From assembly GCA_030704615.1 (NCBI GenBank), contig CM060733.1, positions 20,832,001 to 20,896,000 on the forward strand: 64,000 nucleotides of DNA, given 5' to 3'. The stretch's first letter is position 1; every line of letters begins with the position of its first letter. Source of the DNA: Takakia lepidozioides. Its lineage: Eukaryota > Plantae > Bryophyta. The position numbers and the translations under genes were made by a program. A model generated the notes under the pieces. The model had not been told where the DNA came from. It did no database searches and saw nothing but the letters and a program-made list of their open reading frames with translations. Of this stretch, positions 63,118 through 64,000 are shown piece after piece.

Positions 63118-64000
63118 TTGCAACTCCCATTGCGAAGGCGCCCTCTGCCACCTTCATCAGGAACTGGGTTTTACCTCCCGCACCAAGCTAAATCCAGGCT
63201 CGATTCCTCAAGAGTCACGGCTAGAGCCCCTCCTCCCTCCTGGGCACTCAGCCTTCCGCATTCCCAGCCACTCCTCAATTTTCCAGGTTTATGCCCGGCA
63301 GTGATGGGACCGCCTGAGTTAGCACCAGCGGAGGCAGAATGGAAGGAAGACCCGCTCCTCACCCAGGATCTCTTGGATGAAGATTCCCCTCTGGTAGCAA
63401 TGGGCGTTGAAGATGTGGACAGCCGAGTTACTTCCTTGGAGAAACATGGCATCCTCGGTGCACTTCCCAGGTAGGAATGTCAACAGAGACTCTATCAAGG
63501 GACTGGGCAATTCGTAATCTGGGGGGTTCGGGCGAACTTAGGCAACAGTTTTGTCACGACAAAGGGAGGGGATTTTATTCCATTGTCTTTGAGAGCAAGG
63601 AGGCAGCGGCTCAAGCCTTATTGTTCAATCCACACACAAAAGGATACAATGTGAACATCTTTCCATGGTCCTCCAAAATGGGGAACAGGAACGGGAAGCT
63701 TTGGGGCCCGAGGATCATATCAATCCCATTCATCCCAGACCAGTATCTAGCAAACCTGCCAGATATTGTGAACCACTTTGGTTTTTATCTGGGTTGTATG
63801 TCTGTGAAATGTGCACCCAGAATTTGCGCCAAGACCCGACATGGAGAACAGGTACAATAGCCTCTAGGCTACACGACAGTGGCTGTCCCAAAATAGTTCT
63901 GATGATGCCAGACGATGCCACCCTGCCTAAGTGTGTCAGACTTCCTATTGACAAAGAGGGGAATTACTACACTAAAAGGATCTTTGAGGAATCTACATTT
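63118..64000 (+). pseudogene. L1-type LINE ORF1 (DUF4283/RRM-like), disrupted, runs off the window
   Basis: LGALP..RDWAIRNL..KGRGFYSIVFESKEAAAQAL..NIFPWS..IPFIPDQYL..IVNHFG..PRIC. Confidence 0.7.

Overview
This is eukaryotic, repeat-dominated land-plant DNA. A captured axonemal dynein heavy-chain exon and abundant PLS-class PPR sequence suggest a seed-free, flagellated-sperm lineage such as a fern, lycophyte or hornwort (inference). Only one host gene looks intact: a 3-exon class III peroxidase (34048-35820). The rest is nested, mostly degenerate mobile DNA. (1) A Dualen/RandI-type LINE with APE, RT, chromodomain, RNase H and CCHC/RLE regions (2108-13781). (2) Two non-autonomous Pack-CACTA elements with TIRs and 3-bp TSDs (7275-12305, 55957-61539), plus a third mosaic (38390-42790); all three carry scrambled pieces of an apparent OSB-PDF-motif / PLS-PPR-E fusion gene, and one has a 375-bp in-frame PPR tandem array. 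(3) A CACTA transposase remnant with a SET-domain ORF. (4) Ty3/gypsy remnants, one with a self-priming signature. (5) A ParB/Srx-like pseudogene beside an array of GAATTTCGGCGCCGAAATTC palindromes. (6) An unclassified modular repeat family (five copies, three subtypes) sharing palindrome arrays, a covarying stem-loop motif and a terminal hairpin. All calls are by eye from motifs; no searches were run, and boundaries without TIR/TSD/LTR support are approximate.
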